Below the pieces are notes generated by a model. It searched no databases. It saw only the letters and a list, made by a program, of their open reading frames with translations, and was not told where the DNA came from. A stretch of DNA of 57,753 nt, from assembly GCA_002633005.1 (NCBI GenBank), contig NMRA01001091.1, positions 1-57,753 of the forward strand, read 5' to 3'. Of the stretch, positions 1-11,302 are shown piece by piece. Positions within the stretch are counted from its first letter, which is position 1, and every line of letters begins with the position of its first letter. The position numbers and the translations under genes were made by a program. Source of the DNA: Phoronis australis (Eukaryota > Animalia > Phoronida).

Positions 1-1376
1 TTTGCTGTCATGTGCAATTAGTCACATCTGGTTTAATTTGTTGATCAAGAATATTAACACTGATAAAAATAGCCTAAGTCCTGGTGAGGTGGGGACTACC
101 GGGACTAACAGTTGATTTGTCATTGACCTGAAAGAATAACTGATGTTATTAAATATATTTTAATAAAATAAAAAACAGGCTCGTAATTGAAAATAAAAAT
201 TATTTGACCATTTTTTCAAAAATTTGAAACGAGCACAGCCCCAGAACTCGCGTTCGCATTATATCCAGGTTCTCATTCACTCTCTTGCACACATTCACAA
301 GTAATTATTTGACCATCAATTTTGCTTTCTTGGTTTAATAATTCTTACGTCTATTTCATGTGTTAAATTTCAAATATCAATCTGGACCAAGTTGAATTTT
401 AAAAATAAAACACCTAATTCGTTCGTCCAAAGCGCAACCTCGTTTTAGAGCTCAATTTCAGTTAACGGTACAGAGCAAGCATAGTTATCATGTTTCTTTA
501 GGCATTTATGGGCCTCGTTCATCCGAGGGGAAAGGTGTTTGTGCCTTCTGACTGAGGGGCATTTTTTTTTCACCGAGTGAGGAGAAAAACCTACCTCCCG
601 ATCATCATCAATAGCACCCCCGCCCTATTGCAAGCTCTCATAGGTTCTGTCTCAAGAACCATTCTGTGCTCTTTCAAACTGTCACCAATGTAGTTACGGG
701 TGATTTGAACTTCACGGGAGAGAACTTTTCAATCACTAGGGGAATTTTTAGGGCCTCATGGGGGGAATTTCGGGGGATTTTCAGTATTTTTTAGAGTGGA
801 ATAGGGCTGATATTCGGCCCAAAAATTGAGGGATTGAGGGCCCTGACCTTTATTGAAAAGAAAAATGCGCATCATCTTTCAACCCGCGGTCATGAAAACA
901 CACCCTGGCTGACCGAAGATTCTCCGGTCGTTGCTATGATGCTCGGCAACCGACGAGATGCGACAAAATATTATCCAACTTTTCGAAAGCATTTATAAAT
1001 TTTACACGGACATATTTTCCTTCGACGCGACGTATGACAACGACCCAACGCTTCCGAATCTCAACGTCCTTGGGGATTGTAAAACAGACAGTTGCGTGTC
1101 CGTACTTTGACTAGCCATTCAACAACGCGGAACTACAAACAGTATGCCGATAAGCCAACAGAGTTATCGTAGCCAGCCTCGTTTTGGAACGCGCCTCTTG
1201 TCGGCATGAATTAGGTCTATGGTGCTAGAGTTGATCGTGAAAGGTCAGTGAGGCCTCACGCTCTTTTCCACGTGCGTAACTGTAGACCTGAGGTACGGTT
1301 CAAATAACTAGTCAGCGATTTTATCCCACTGCCACTGTTCAGTCCAGAAACTCCCAAGTGGTGAACATAGTTAACC

Positions 1377-1529
1377 CAGTGGCGGATTTAGGAGGGACAA
1401 GGATGCCATACCCCCGAAAAAAATCTCCTAGATTCCATTTGGCAGTTCGGGGTGCGTATGTCTGAGGGCAAAATCCTCGCAATTACTCTGCCCTGCCCCC
1501 CCCAACTGAATATCCTAGATCCGCCCCTG
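1377..1529. mobile_element. Short TIR element (CAGTGGCGGAT...ATCCGCCCCTG)
   Basis: Imperfect inverted ends CAGTGGCGGATTTAGGA / TCCTAGATCCGCCCCTG. Related ends occur at 49453-49787 and near 56820-56834. No clear TSD. Confidence 0.6.
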
Positions 1530-1543
1530 TAAGGTGCACTTAC

Positions 1544-1677
1544 CTGGACTCTCATGACGACAGTTGACATCATGACCATCATGATACTCGGCGTCCGTCA
1601 GTACCACAACGACTGGGTCACAGTTGGTTGACCAGGGACCCTTGATCAGTTTAAAGGCCAGCGATACGGCAATATTA
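1544..1677 (-). CDS. SRCR + alpha2delta-like gene, exon (VWA domain, LTD motif); downstream exons not identified
   Basis: CTTACAG| ... CAG|GTAAGT, phase 2 to 1. NIAVSLAFKLIKGPWSTNCDPVVVVLTDAE matches VWA AF.ll...C...i..lTDG. Confidence 0.85.
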
Positions 1678-2664
1678 CTGTAAGCGAAACCAAAAGTCAC
1701 AAACTTGGACCAAATGAAAACCCATGGCACATGATGGATATACTCACCAATCAAGATTGCGTTTTCAATACTTTACGAGTAGTCCGCATGCAGTTATACC
1801 GTCAAAAACTTGCATGCTCGGTGGTCGCGGATTATTTAATAACTTTACGACAGATTTAAGAAAAAACTTTTAAATAATGCATCAAATATCATAAAATTGT
1901 AAAATGCACAGTAGCTGACGAGTGAAATCCTGTTACGTCACGGGTGGACATCAATATTGTGAGCAGGTGCGCGCTTCTATGGCCGATCAGTCGAAATCCA
2001 TTGGTCTGAACTCTGTCGTTTGAGACTGAGGCGTTCACCTCGATTCTCGTTGTGGGAATCCTCTAATGACGGATCCGTTCATATACAGGTCACCTATACT
2101 CTACCACAATTTTTCTAACCAAGATCGAATTTTTTGTCCNTCACAGTTGGTTGACCAGGGACCCTTGATCAGTTTAAAGGCCAGCGATACGGCAATATTA
2201 CTGTAAGCGAAACCAACAGTCACAAACTTGGACCAAATGAAAACCCATGGCACATGATGGATATACTCACCAATCAAGATTTCGTTTTCAATACTTTACG
2301 AGTAGTCCGCATGCCGTTATACCGTCAAAAACTTGCATGCTCGGTGGTCGCGGATTATTTAATAACTTTACGACAGATTTAAGAAAAAAACTTTTAAATA
2401 ATGCATCAAATATCATAAAATTGTACAATGCACAGTAGCAGTCGAGTGAAATCCTGTTACGTCACGGGTGGACATCAATAATGTGAGCAGGTGCGCGCTT
2501 CTATGGCCGATCAGTCGAAATCCATTGGTCTGAACTCTGTCGTTTGAGACTGAGGCGTTCACCTCGATTCTCGTTGTGGGAATCCTCTAATGACGGATCC
2601 GTTTCATATACAGGTCACCTATACTCTACCACAATTTTTCTAACCAAGATCGAATTTTTTGTCC
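1618..2664. repeat. Near-identical 520-bp tandem duplication split by a single N (probable assembly overlap)
   Basis: 1618-2139 is nearly identical to 2141-2664, with N at 2140. Confidence 0.9.
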
Positions 2665-2861
2665 TTGCTCGAGAAGCACAATAGCAGTTTTGAGAACCAT
2701 CCAAGTGTTAGTTAAAATATATTACACTCTTAATCTTCAACGAAAGGATTTCCCATGCTATACTTGCAAACAGCAAACATTGTCCAGTTACCAATCGACC
2801 ATTTAATAACTAAACGGATAATAAACATAATAAATAAAATTAGGTTTTCACGTAAAATCAC

Positions 2862-3098
2862 ATATTGTGTGAAGCTCCATCCGCCTTGACATCTGCTATA
2901 GCGGAGAGCAACTGTTTCTTGTTGGCATCTGTTGCTTTAACCAGAACGTTCTTGCGACATGACAACGTCTCGTGGTTCTTAATGATCTTTCTTTGATACT
3001 CGTTCCAGTAGGTGGACGAACTGGTAATGACGTTAAACGTGTCATCCTTGCTCAATTTGTCAAAGATGATCTTGATAATTTCCGCAGCCATGCCTAGT
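2862..3098 (-). CDS. SRCR + alpha2delta-like gene, exon (VWA domain middle)
   Basis: ATTTCAG| ... AT|GTGATT, phase 2-2. LGMAAEIIKIIFDKLSKDDTFNVI...C...LVKATDANKKQLLSAIADVKADGAS is typical of the alpha2delta VWA (L..dD.fNv, Lv.At..Nk). Confidence 0.88.
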
Positions 3099-3813
3099 CT
3101 GAAATGGTCACAAACGTGAAGTGTACGGAGAGATAACACTCCACGTGCGGATAGACCCATGTAAATAACAACTAATAACTACTCTGATCCATGGTCATAT
3201 CAAAAAGCGTGAAATGGCTATCAGGCGAGATTAGGCGAGACTGTTGTTGTGTCCGTGAACAATTTCACGTGCATTTAGTGAGAACTTTATATGAGTAACG
3301 ATACGCTAGTGTTGGCTTACGTGTACAGTCAGTACGGATTTTAAATTTTTTTGTCCTCGCCGAACACGTACATGTAGTAGACGCTCTGCTGTTCTTAGGC
3401 TAGATTTTTAAGTAATTGTTATATTTTATAAAGCAGCTTGATGCCTCCATGGAAATTACACTAAATGTTAGAATTTACAGTATGAGAGTGCACGCGCAAA
3501 GACCCATGCCTCTTTATCGTGAATAAAGCATTTTTTCAAAGAAATATTTCATCCAAGTGGTTCTCATATAGGCGTATGTGCCTAGGTTTCGCTTGTAAGT
3601 GCGGGCGGGTGTTCTTTGTACAGGCGCAGTGGATAAAGGTAGACGCATTGTCCTTTCGACAAAAGCGCAGCACTTTCGTGACACTTGATTTGGCAGAGCA
3701 TTTGCTACATTACAATCCGATCAGAGACACATTAACTCATGCAGTTTACGACATTGTTGCAGTTCCTTTTTCAGTATGATTAGTGTACAAGAAAGAGTGC
3801 GCCCCCAAAATAT

Positions 3814-5148
3814 CACAAGAGCAACGCGGGGCGTTGAAATGCGCCCATGATTGCATCGCAAATGGTGTGCTTTTAGGGGGTTTTGTTTGTATCATCGAAA
3901 TAGCCACTAGATGGTGCAAAATACATCGAATCCGTCTGAAAACTAGAACGTTTCTTTAAAAGAAAGCCTGACCAAATTTCATTAAAATTCGTCGAGGAAC
4001 TTCAGAGAAACAGAGGAAAACGAAAAAAAATGAAATTGCCACTAGGGGGGCACAGTGTTCGTCGGTTCCGTCTAAAAGTCGTCGTCTTTTCTTGTTAACT
4101 TCATATAAATACATGTGCTAAATTTAATAAAGATCCTGTAGAGGGCTTAGGATATACAGGTATGGTTGCAAAAAACCAAACCGCCACTAGGAGGCACCAC
4201 AGTACTCAAAGTCATCGGAAAATCATCGTTAGCCATCCCCATCATAGAAAAAACATACATGCCAACTTTCACAATCATCCTTAGGGTGGTTTGGATGACA
4301 GAGGGGCGGACGCCAAAAACGGATTAGAAAATAAGAAAAATGGCCACTAGGTGGCCCAAACTACGAATCCATACAAAAACCGGAGGATAGCGTCATCTCA
4401 CTAATAAATGTCTATGTGCCAAATTTTATGGAAATCCGTTGAGGACCTTTGAAGATACAGAGGTAAACGTAAAAGCTAAAACTACCACTAGGGTGCACAC
4501 CGGTACACCGAGCTGTCCGAGAGTCGTCACCGTCCGTTGTCACCTTCATATAAATATATTTGCTAAATTTAATAATAAAGGTCCTGTAGAATGTTTAGGA
4601 GATACAATCATGGGCGCAAAAACAAACAAAACTGCCACTAGAGGAGGCGCCACAGTAGTCGAAGTCGTCGGGAAATCATCGTCAACAGTCTTCCTCATAC
4701 TAGTAAGAACATACGTGTAGGCCTATGTGCCAATTTTCACAATCATCCTTAAAGCGGTTTGGTTGTTGGAGGGGCGGACGCCAAAAAACGACTCGAAAAC
4801 AGTACAAATGCCCACTAGATGGCGAAAAATGCCTCGAATCCATCCGAAAACAAGAGGATAGCGTCAACTCATTAAAAATGCCTATGTACTAAATTTCACG
4901 AAAAACCGGTTGAGGTCCTTTTGAAGATACAGAGGCAAACGTAAAAAATTTAAATTGCCACTAGGGGGCACAGTGGCATTCGGGTCGGTCCGAAACTCGT
5001 TGCCCTATGTCGTCAACCCCATAGGAACACACTTGCCAAATTTCAATAAGATCCTGCAAGGGCTTTAGGAGATACAGCCGCGGACGCCGGATGCCCAGAC
5101 AGAGATGACGGCAATATGCGACATATTTATATGTGGTCGCATAAAAAT
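3814..5148 (+). mobile_element. Helentron/DINE-1-like non-autonomous element with internal 135-177 bp tandem array
   Basis: Starts near ACAAGAG. Eight units each carry CCACTAG plus an AAATTT-like block, followed by a GGAC/AGAC-like tract, a terminal hairpin TATGCGAC...GTCGCATA and AAAA. The start boundary is approximate. Confidence 0.65.
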
Positions 5149-5191
5149 TATTCATGCGATGTGTATAACATGCTGTTCATTTTTAACTTAC

Positions 5192-5386
5192 CTGCCAAAA
5201 TTTCCCATTGAAGTACTTGTGTCCAGAACAATGACAATGTCCTTCGCTTTCTTAACAGAATTGATGAACCAGGGTCTTTCGCGCTTATCAATGTCGTGAA
5301 TGGGGAAACCCATATGATTTCGATCAGGCGGTGTTGCAGGCCACAGCGTAAAAACAGTTGATTCTTTGTCTGCGAAATATTGCCAC
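5192..5386 (-). CDS. SRCR + alpha2delta-like gene, exon (Cache-1 part and VWA MIDAS)
   Basis: GTGCAG| ... CAG|GTAAGT, phase 2-2. WQYFADKESTVFTLWPA...DIDKRERPWFINSVKKAKDIVIVLDTSTSMG contains the alpha2delta hallmarks WQYF, RPW(F/Y) and KDIVIVLDxSxSM. Confidence 0.92.
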
Positions 5387-6814
5387 CTGCACAATGAAAG
5401 TGTATGGTAACTTTATCCATTCCGGGAAAGCTCTCGAAATCATACATCAACCGTAGCTTCAGTAATTGATAACTTAGAACACAGCAAGATGCAAGAAAAA
5501 TAAATTCTGATAACTAATGTAGACTATGCAACCATATTGTAAAGGGGGTAACACCAGCGGTGAGACATTTTAAGCAATATAAGGTAAATGACATGAAATG
5601 GAAGAGAAAACGCACAGGAAATATGTACAGTGCATTGGTAAAGTTAAATCACATAACAATAGAAAAGATGAAGATAAGAAACAATATACAGAAACACCAC
5701 TTGGACACTCAAAACGAAAGCCGCATGCGACCTCTCCCACACCCATAGATAGTTAGGTACGCGCACACAACGCCTACGAGTACCTGGACTCAACTCTTTG
5801 TAAAGTGCCTAGCTTGCGATGAAAACAACTGGCCAGAAACCGGGGTAAACATGAAATAAGAAGGAATCATCTACATACGTCTTTTTATAAATTTTATGCT
5901 TGTACTTCAAACAGTAAACTAACCAAGACCTCGGACCACAGTGTTACTGATCAACACCATTGCTCAGTATTTCTCAATGTGTTTGATACTACAAAAATTA
6001 AACTTCAATAATCCTGGCAAGACTACTTCAATGAAAAGCGCCCTCTTGTTCAAGCTTGTTTATCATCATTCAAGCTTGTCCACTCAAATATTATGTAAGT
6101 TCGGTGCATACTGATAAGCTTGGAAAACCTACTGGAAAAGCGAAAACACCATGAGACAAAAATTCATGCATTGAAATGGTTCTAGCAAGCGACAAACTTC
6201 ACCATCGTGACCAATGGAAGGCAATGTTTCAGACGGGCAACAGCCACTTTCTGCATGTATGTATAGCACAGCCCCACCGTCGACTCGCGTTAAAAAGTCA
6301 CACGCTAATTTTGCTGGAGATAAAACCTGGCCCAATTACAACCACTGGAAACGTGTGTCCTCTAACTAACGGAGAACGCCTTCACCCGATGGGAAAACAA
6401 AAGTGGCCGTGCTTTTGAGTCGGTCTTATACAATCCATAACGAACTCATGGAAAATTCGTCTTTACAGAAATTGCAAGGAATAACGAAGGCCTTTGTGCT
6501 TGCTGCTTGCTCAAACAATGCACTTAAGAATCAGTTAAAGGTAGACGGGATGAACCCCGCTTCAAATCTCATCTCACAGCAACAGACAGCAAACATCCGG
6601 GTAAATAACGTGAGATCGTTATCACACGAACTGTATACTGCTTTTAAAGGAGAATGCCACTCGTTTTAATTAGTCTTTTTTACCGTTTTAATCGATCTAG
6701 GTCCACATCCCCTATTACACGGTCTTCCTCACCTTGTCGAGAGGTGTCGCGTTAACCTGTGAGGAAGGTGAGAAACGACGCAGCGACGTCAGTGGTTCGT
6801 CTGCAGAGTGAAAG

Positions 6815-7030
6815 CCGCTATATTGCAGTGCATCTTTCCCGCTTGTCCGAACTATGAAGCTGAGAAGAAAGCGGATATATCGTTTTTTTCGACTCCCTTG
6901 AGAGCCCGAAATGCTTAGGAAGTGGCTCGCGGTAGTGAAGAATGAAAGGTACGCTGTTAATAGCAAGTATGAGGCCTTGAAACATCTCCGTGTCTGTGGC
7001 CGGGATTTCGTTGACAGTGATTTCTCTGAC
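6815..7030 (+). pseudogene. THAP zinc-finger domain remnant
   Basis: C..PACPN...ISFFRLP*EPEMLRKWLAVVK...HLRVCGRDFVDSDF. In-frame TGA at 6899-6901, and the zinc-ligand His position reads Asp. Confidence 0.7.
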
Positions 7031-7580
7031 AAATTCCGGCTTATCAAAGAAATATCCATATGTTCCGTTGCCTGTGCATGTTCACTAACCAATACTTATA
7101 TAAAACTGAAACAAAGTCTGCCTCTTTAGATACAATTTGCAATGCCTTTGCAGTATTCGTGAGTGCAAATGTTGAGAAGCCAGCAATGAATAAACCACTG
7201 CGTTACCGGCTTTTCATGCCGGCAGAAAAGGTAATTGACCGTGCACCAAGGCCGTGTGAGCGCATGCTAATTCAGTGTTTGCCGACAGAAACTGTTGTGA
7301 AACAATTACTCGATTTTATATGCTATGTTCACATATTAGGGGAATCTTTATTTGGAAATACAAATACATTATTCAAATCATTGTTACTGTACAACCTTTG
7401 CCCTGACGGTCTGTGGAAGGCTAACCCGACTTCGCGGCCCCCGACAAGTAAGTACATTTTCAGGTTCGTGTCTAATTCACATAAATAATTACTTGAACAT
7501 TATTTCCTTGGCTCACTTTTATAGTCTTTTCGTGACTGGAGGTTTAGTTTCCAACTCAAGCTGGTTTATGTTCGTTCCCC

Positions 7581-7688
7581 ACGGCCGCGACGGGCCTGAT
7601 CGGCTTCCGAGCCACTGGCCGGGATAACGAGTTAGTCCGACCGCGGCGGGCCTGATCGGGTTCAGAGATACTGGCCGAGATAACAAGC
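7581..7688 (+). repeat. Two-copy GC-rich direct repeat (about 57 bp)
   Basis: CCGCG.CGGGCCTGATCGG.TTC.GAG..ACTGGCCG.GATAAC occurs twice. Confidence 0.75.
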
Positions 7689-8644
7689 GTTTTGTGTGTT
7701 TAGAACTCAAAAAACCACAAGTCTAAATTTACAATATACAGCAATGTTCTCAGATCTAGGTTCTCCTGTCTGTATTTCACGGAAGAATACTTCGAGATCC
7801 GAACAGACCCCAAACTCCTGCTACGAACCTTGGTAAATTGGCCTGCAGAACTTTGTAGAATACAGTGTGTCCAAATACCAATAAATTAGTAACAGCAAAA
7901 TAAAACAACACGTTTGTATACGATCTCGGTGTATTTTTAAGGGTTTTACATCGAAGTTTAATGATTTATTGGTGTTGAACGATGAATTCAAGCTATAAGC
8001 TGACACCAGTAACCCGCTTTTTAAGTTGTTTCACCTTTAATCACCATTGACGTTCAAGCTAAAAATGGCCAATCGAGTATAGTATTGACTTAGAGCCCTA
8101 TTTGATTCGGGCGGCGTCATGTGCAATAATACCAAAGTAATTGGCAATATTCTATCATCCCAAAGTACAGTATTTATGTTATACAAATGTACAAATTGTC
8201 TACCACGTTGGCTCTTACCTATTTGTATTAATCTCACATCTGTAGTACGCCTATCTACTTCACTTTTTAATGTTATTCAATCATCAGTTTTCTATTTACA
8301 AAATTTAGCCTAAGTTAATGTAATTAAATTAGTAGTGTTCATTGCTTTTGTCCTTGCTTATTTATTTTTAGTCTATTCACACGCTTGTGCATGTATATAT
8401 TTATTTCTTCTGTTGTTAGATAAGCATGTAAGGTATGAACTGTATGAATTTATTAGGTTTTAACTACACACTTAATAATTACAATTGTCCAGGTGTCTGG
8501 AAAACAAAAACAACCCATTGTTTTTCGCCTATCAGGCTCGACCTCACTTTTCTACGAGGAAAACGACCCCGAACTGCGCACTTACGTAATGTTTACTACA
8601 CAATGAAGAACTCACGTTGTGATATCGGAGTTATCATTGAGCAA

Positions 8645-8686
8645 AGCCTTTTGACTGATGGTGACATAGAGGTCAATCCAGGACCA
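8645..8686 (+). other. 2A-like (StopGo) peptide motif at the N-terminus of LINE ORF2
   Basis: SLLTDGDIEVNPGP matches the consensus GD(V/I)ExNPGP exactly, about 10 codons before the APE domain. Confidence 0.85.
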
Positions 8687-10995
8687 GGCACTCAGGGTTC
8701 AGCCAGCTTCAAGGTCTTATTCACTAACATCAATAGTTCAAGGCGAACAATATTTCAAGATTTGATCATCTCAAGCAATATATTACAGACAGCAATTACA
8801 TGGTCATAGCCATATGTGAATCCGGAACACTGTCCGAAGACAACCTCAGTGCACTTATTATTCCAGAATTCAACATTGCCTACCACACTAACGCCGGGAG
8901 AGGGTTGATCTTGTTTGTCCACAACTCTGTAAATTACAAAACAATTAATACTAAATTGTACAATCAATGAATAACTGTTGGATTGAACTTTATGTCAACC
9001 ACAAGAAGGTATATTATGTTTTTTTTTCTATCGCTCACCCTCACAGACGTCACATGACAGGAAAGCATTTTTCAAGACCTTTGCAGAACAACTGCAAGAA
9101 CTCTCACGAACTAATAAAACAATTGTTATCAACGGGGATTTCAACGCAAGAAATAGTACTTGGCACTCAGACGACAATGACAACCAAGCTGGTCTCGAAA
9201 TATTCGATATTCTCCTCTCAAATGACTGTGTAAAACTAATAAACGATCCGACACGTTTAAAAGAGTATTCACATTCTTGCCTTGATTTATGTATTACTAA
9301 CAATCTCGGATTAATTGTATCCACTTCTGTAAGGCTTCCCATTGGAAACTCGGACCACCACGTTATAGAAACATCAAACAGAAGGAATTACAACCTCATT
9401 AACATGGACAAACTGCGCACTGACATAACCACATTTAACTGGACTGAAATAGTGAGCAAAAGTTACATAAATGACACAGTCTCAGCATTCACACAATCAC
9501 TCTACAACATACTAAATAATAATATCCCATCAACCATGAAAACAATAAAAAACAAGAACAAACCGTGGTTTAACAATAACATTAAGACTGAAATAAATAA
9601 AAGAAACAAACTGTACAGATCGTTCAGAAAATCAAATAACCCGTGCACGTTCAAGTGCTACAAAGAACAGTGCAAGAGTGTGGAAGAACTAATTAAAAAG
9701 ACAAAACAAGACTATAAGATGAACATTATCTCCAACATCAGCAATGTCTCCAAAATGCAAAGGAATATTGGGATATAATAAACAAAATTCGAGGACAGGT
9801 AAAGCAATCTTCATACCCCACCATCCACTCAAAGGAATCAAACACTCAGGCGTCATCCAAAGCTGAAAAAGTAAGTTATTTTTAGAATACTTCACCGCCA
9901 AGAGTCACGTTGCACCAACAACAAGCTTTCCCGAATTCCCAAACAGAACAATAGAACACCTCTCTGACATACAAGCCCAACCATCTGAAGTCCGAAAACT
10001 ACTAGAATATATTGACGAAAACAAAAACGACGGTACCAATATCATAACCAATAAAATGGTAAAGATGATAGCAAGAGAGCTTACAGCTCCTTGGACAACA
10101 TTATACAACAAAATAGTACAATCTGGAAAAATTCCTTTGAACTGGAAGATTGGCATTATGATACCAATACACAAAAAGAACTCCATAACAGACATTGCCA
10201 ACTATCGCCCCATAACTCTACTTAACACCCTATCCAAAATTTTAGAAAAAATAATTTCTCAACACAAGTTTGACCACCTCTCTTCACAAAACCTCATATA
10301 TCGTCGTCAATTCGGATTCATGCCTGGTGACAGCACTGTATCCCAACTTACAGAAATTGTACACGAAATCCACCTCCAGTTTGAGCAAGGATACAACGTG
10401 AGATCCGTATTCTTAGACATTGCGTCAGCTTTTGATGTCGTTCCCCATGATCTGCTTCTACATAAATTACAATGTTACGGTTTTCCGGAACTCTCTTCTC
10501 ATTTTTAAAATCATATCTGGAATGTCGAACTTACAAAGTCCGAATAGAGCGTGTTTTATCGCGCTCATCAGCGCCAGGTTTCGTAAATGCTGGAGTACCA
10601 CAGGGTAGCGTACTAGGCCCCTTAGTCTGTTTATTGTACATCAATGATAAACTCTAAAACATTCTTATATGCTGATTACACTGCAATTTTCTACCCATTC
10701 TCAAAGAGAATCCCCATGACTCCTTACAATTGCAAACTGACCTAAACAAACTCTAAGACTGGTCTTACAAATAGCAGATGAAATTTAAACCTGAAAAAAG
10801 TGTTGATCTTATATTTTCTAAGTCTAATAATACTCAATTCCAAACAAATCTAATGCTGGAATTATCACTCAGTGGGGAAGTTATTCCCAATAAGTTCGCA
10901 CACAAACACCTTGGATTGCTACTAGACCACAAGCTTACCTTTACTCCTCACTGTCACGAACTCGTTCACAAAGCACAAAAATTAATCAATCCAAT

Positions 10996-11302
10996 AGCGG
11001 AGTTGCAACGCCGCCATACTGGGAATGGGTCAGAATGTTGCATTGTGGTTAAGCCGGTAAACAAGTACGTCGACAAGCGTTGGGGCGAACCGGCCACATG
11101 GAGGTTATACGTGTTGTGTGCCTGGCTGCTATAATACCAGTTAGCGAGATAAAGAATTTTGTTACTACCTTTAATGCACACAAATCACACGTCGTGCAAA
11201 CCAATCGGCCATTCCATATACCCTAATCAATCCCAATAGCCTTTGCGCACCCTAATTTCCGGACATGCGCAATCGTTGAATCGATTCGGTTGCAACTCCG
11301 CT
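10996..11302 (+). mobile_element. Non-autonomous TIR element (MITE) nested in the LINE
   Basis: Perfect inverted ends AGCGGAGTTGCAAC / GTTGCAACTCCGCT flanked by AT on both sides. Removing the element plus one AT restores the LINE frame KLINPIRIVSRYLNS. Confidence 0.88.

Noticed and set aside
1-1376. Next exon of the alpha2delta-like gene
   Set aside because: The candidate phase-1 acceptors I tested run into stops quickly and show no family similarity.
2141-2200. Second copy of part of the VWA exon, suggesting exon duplication
   Set aside because: It lies in a near-identical duplication that begins at a single N, typical of an unmerged contig overlap.
3900-5100. CRISPR-like repeat-spacer appearance
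   Set aside because: The sequences between motifs are homologous to each other, the context is a eukaryotic intron, and there are no cas genes.
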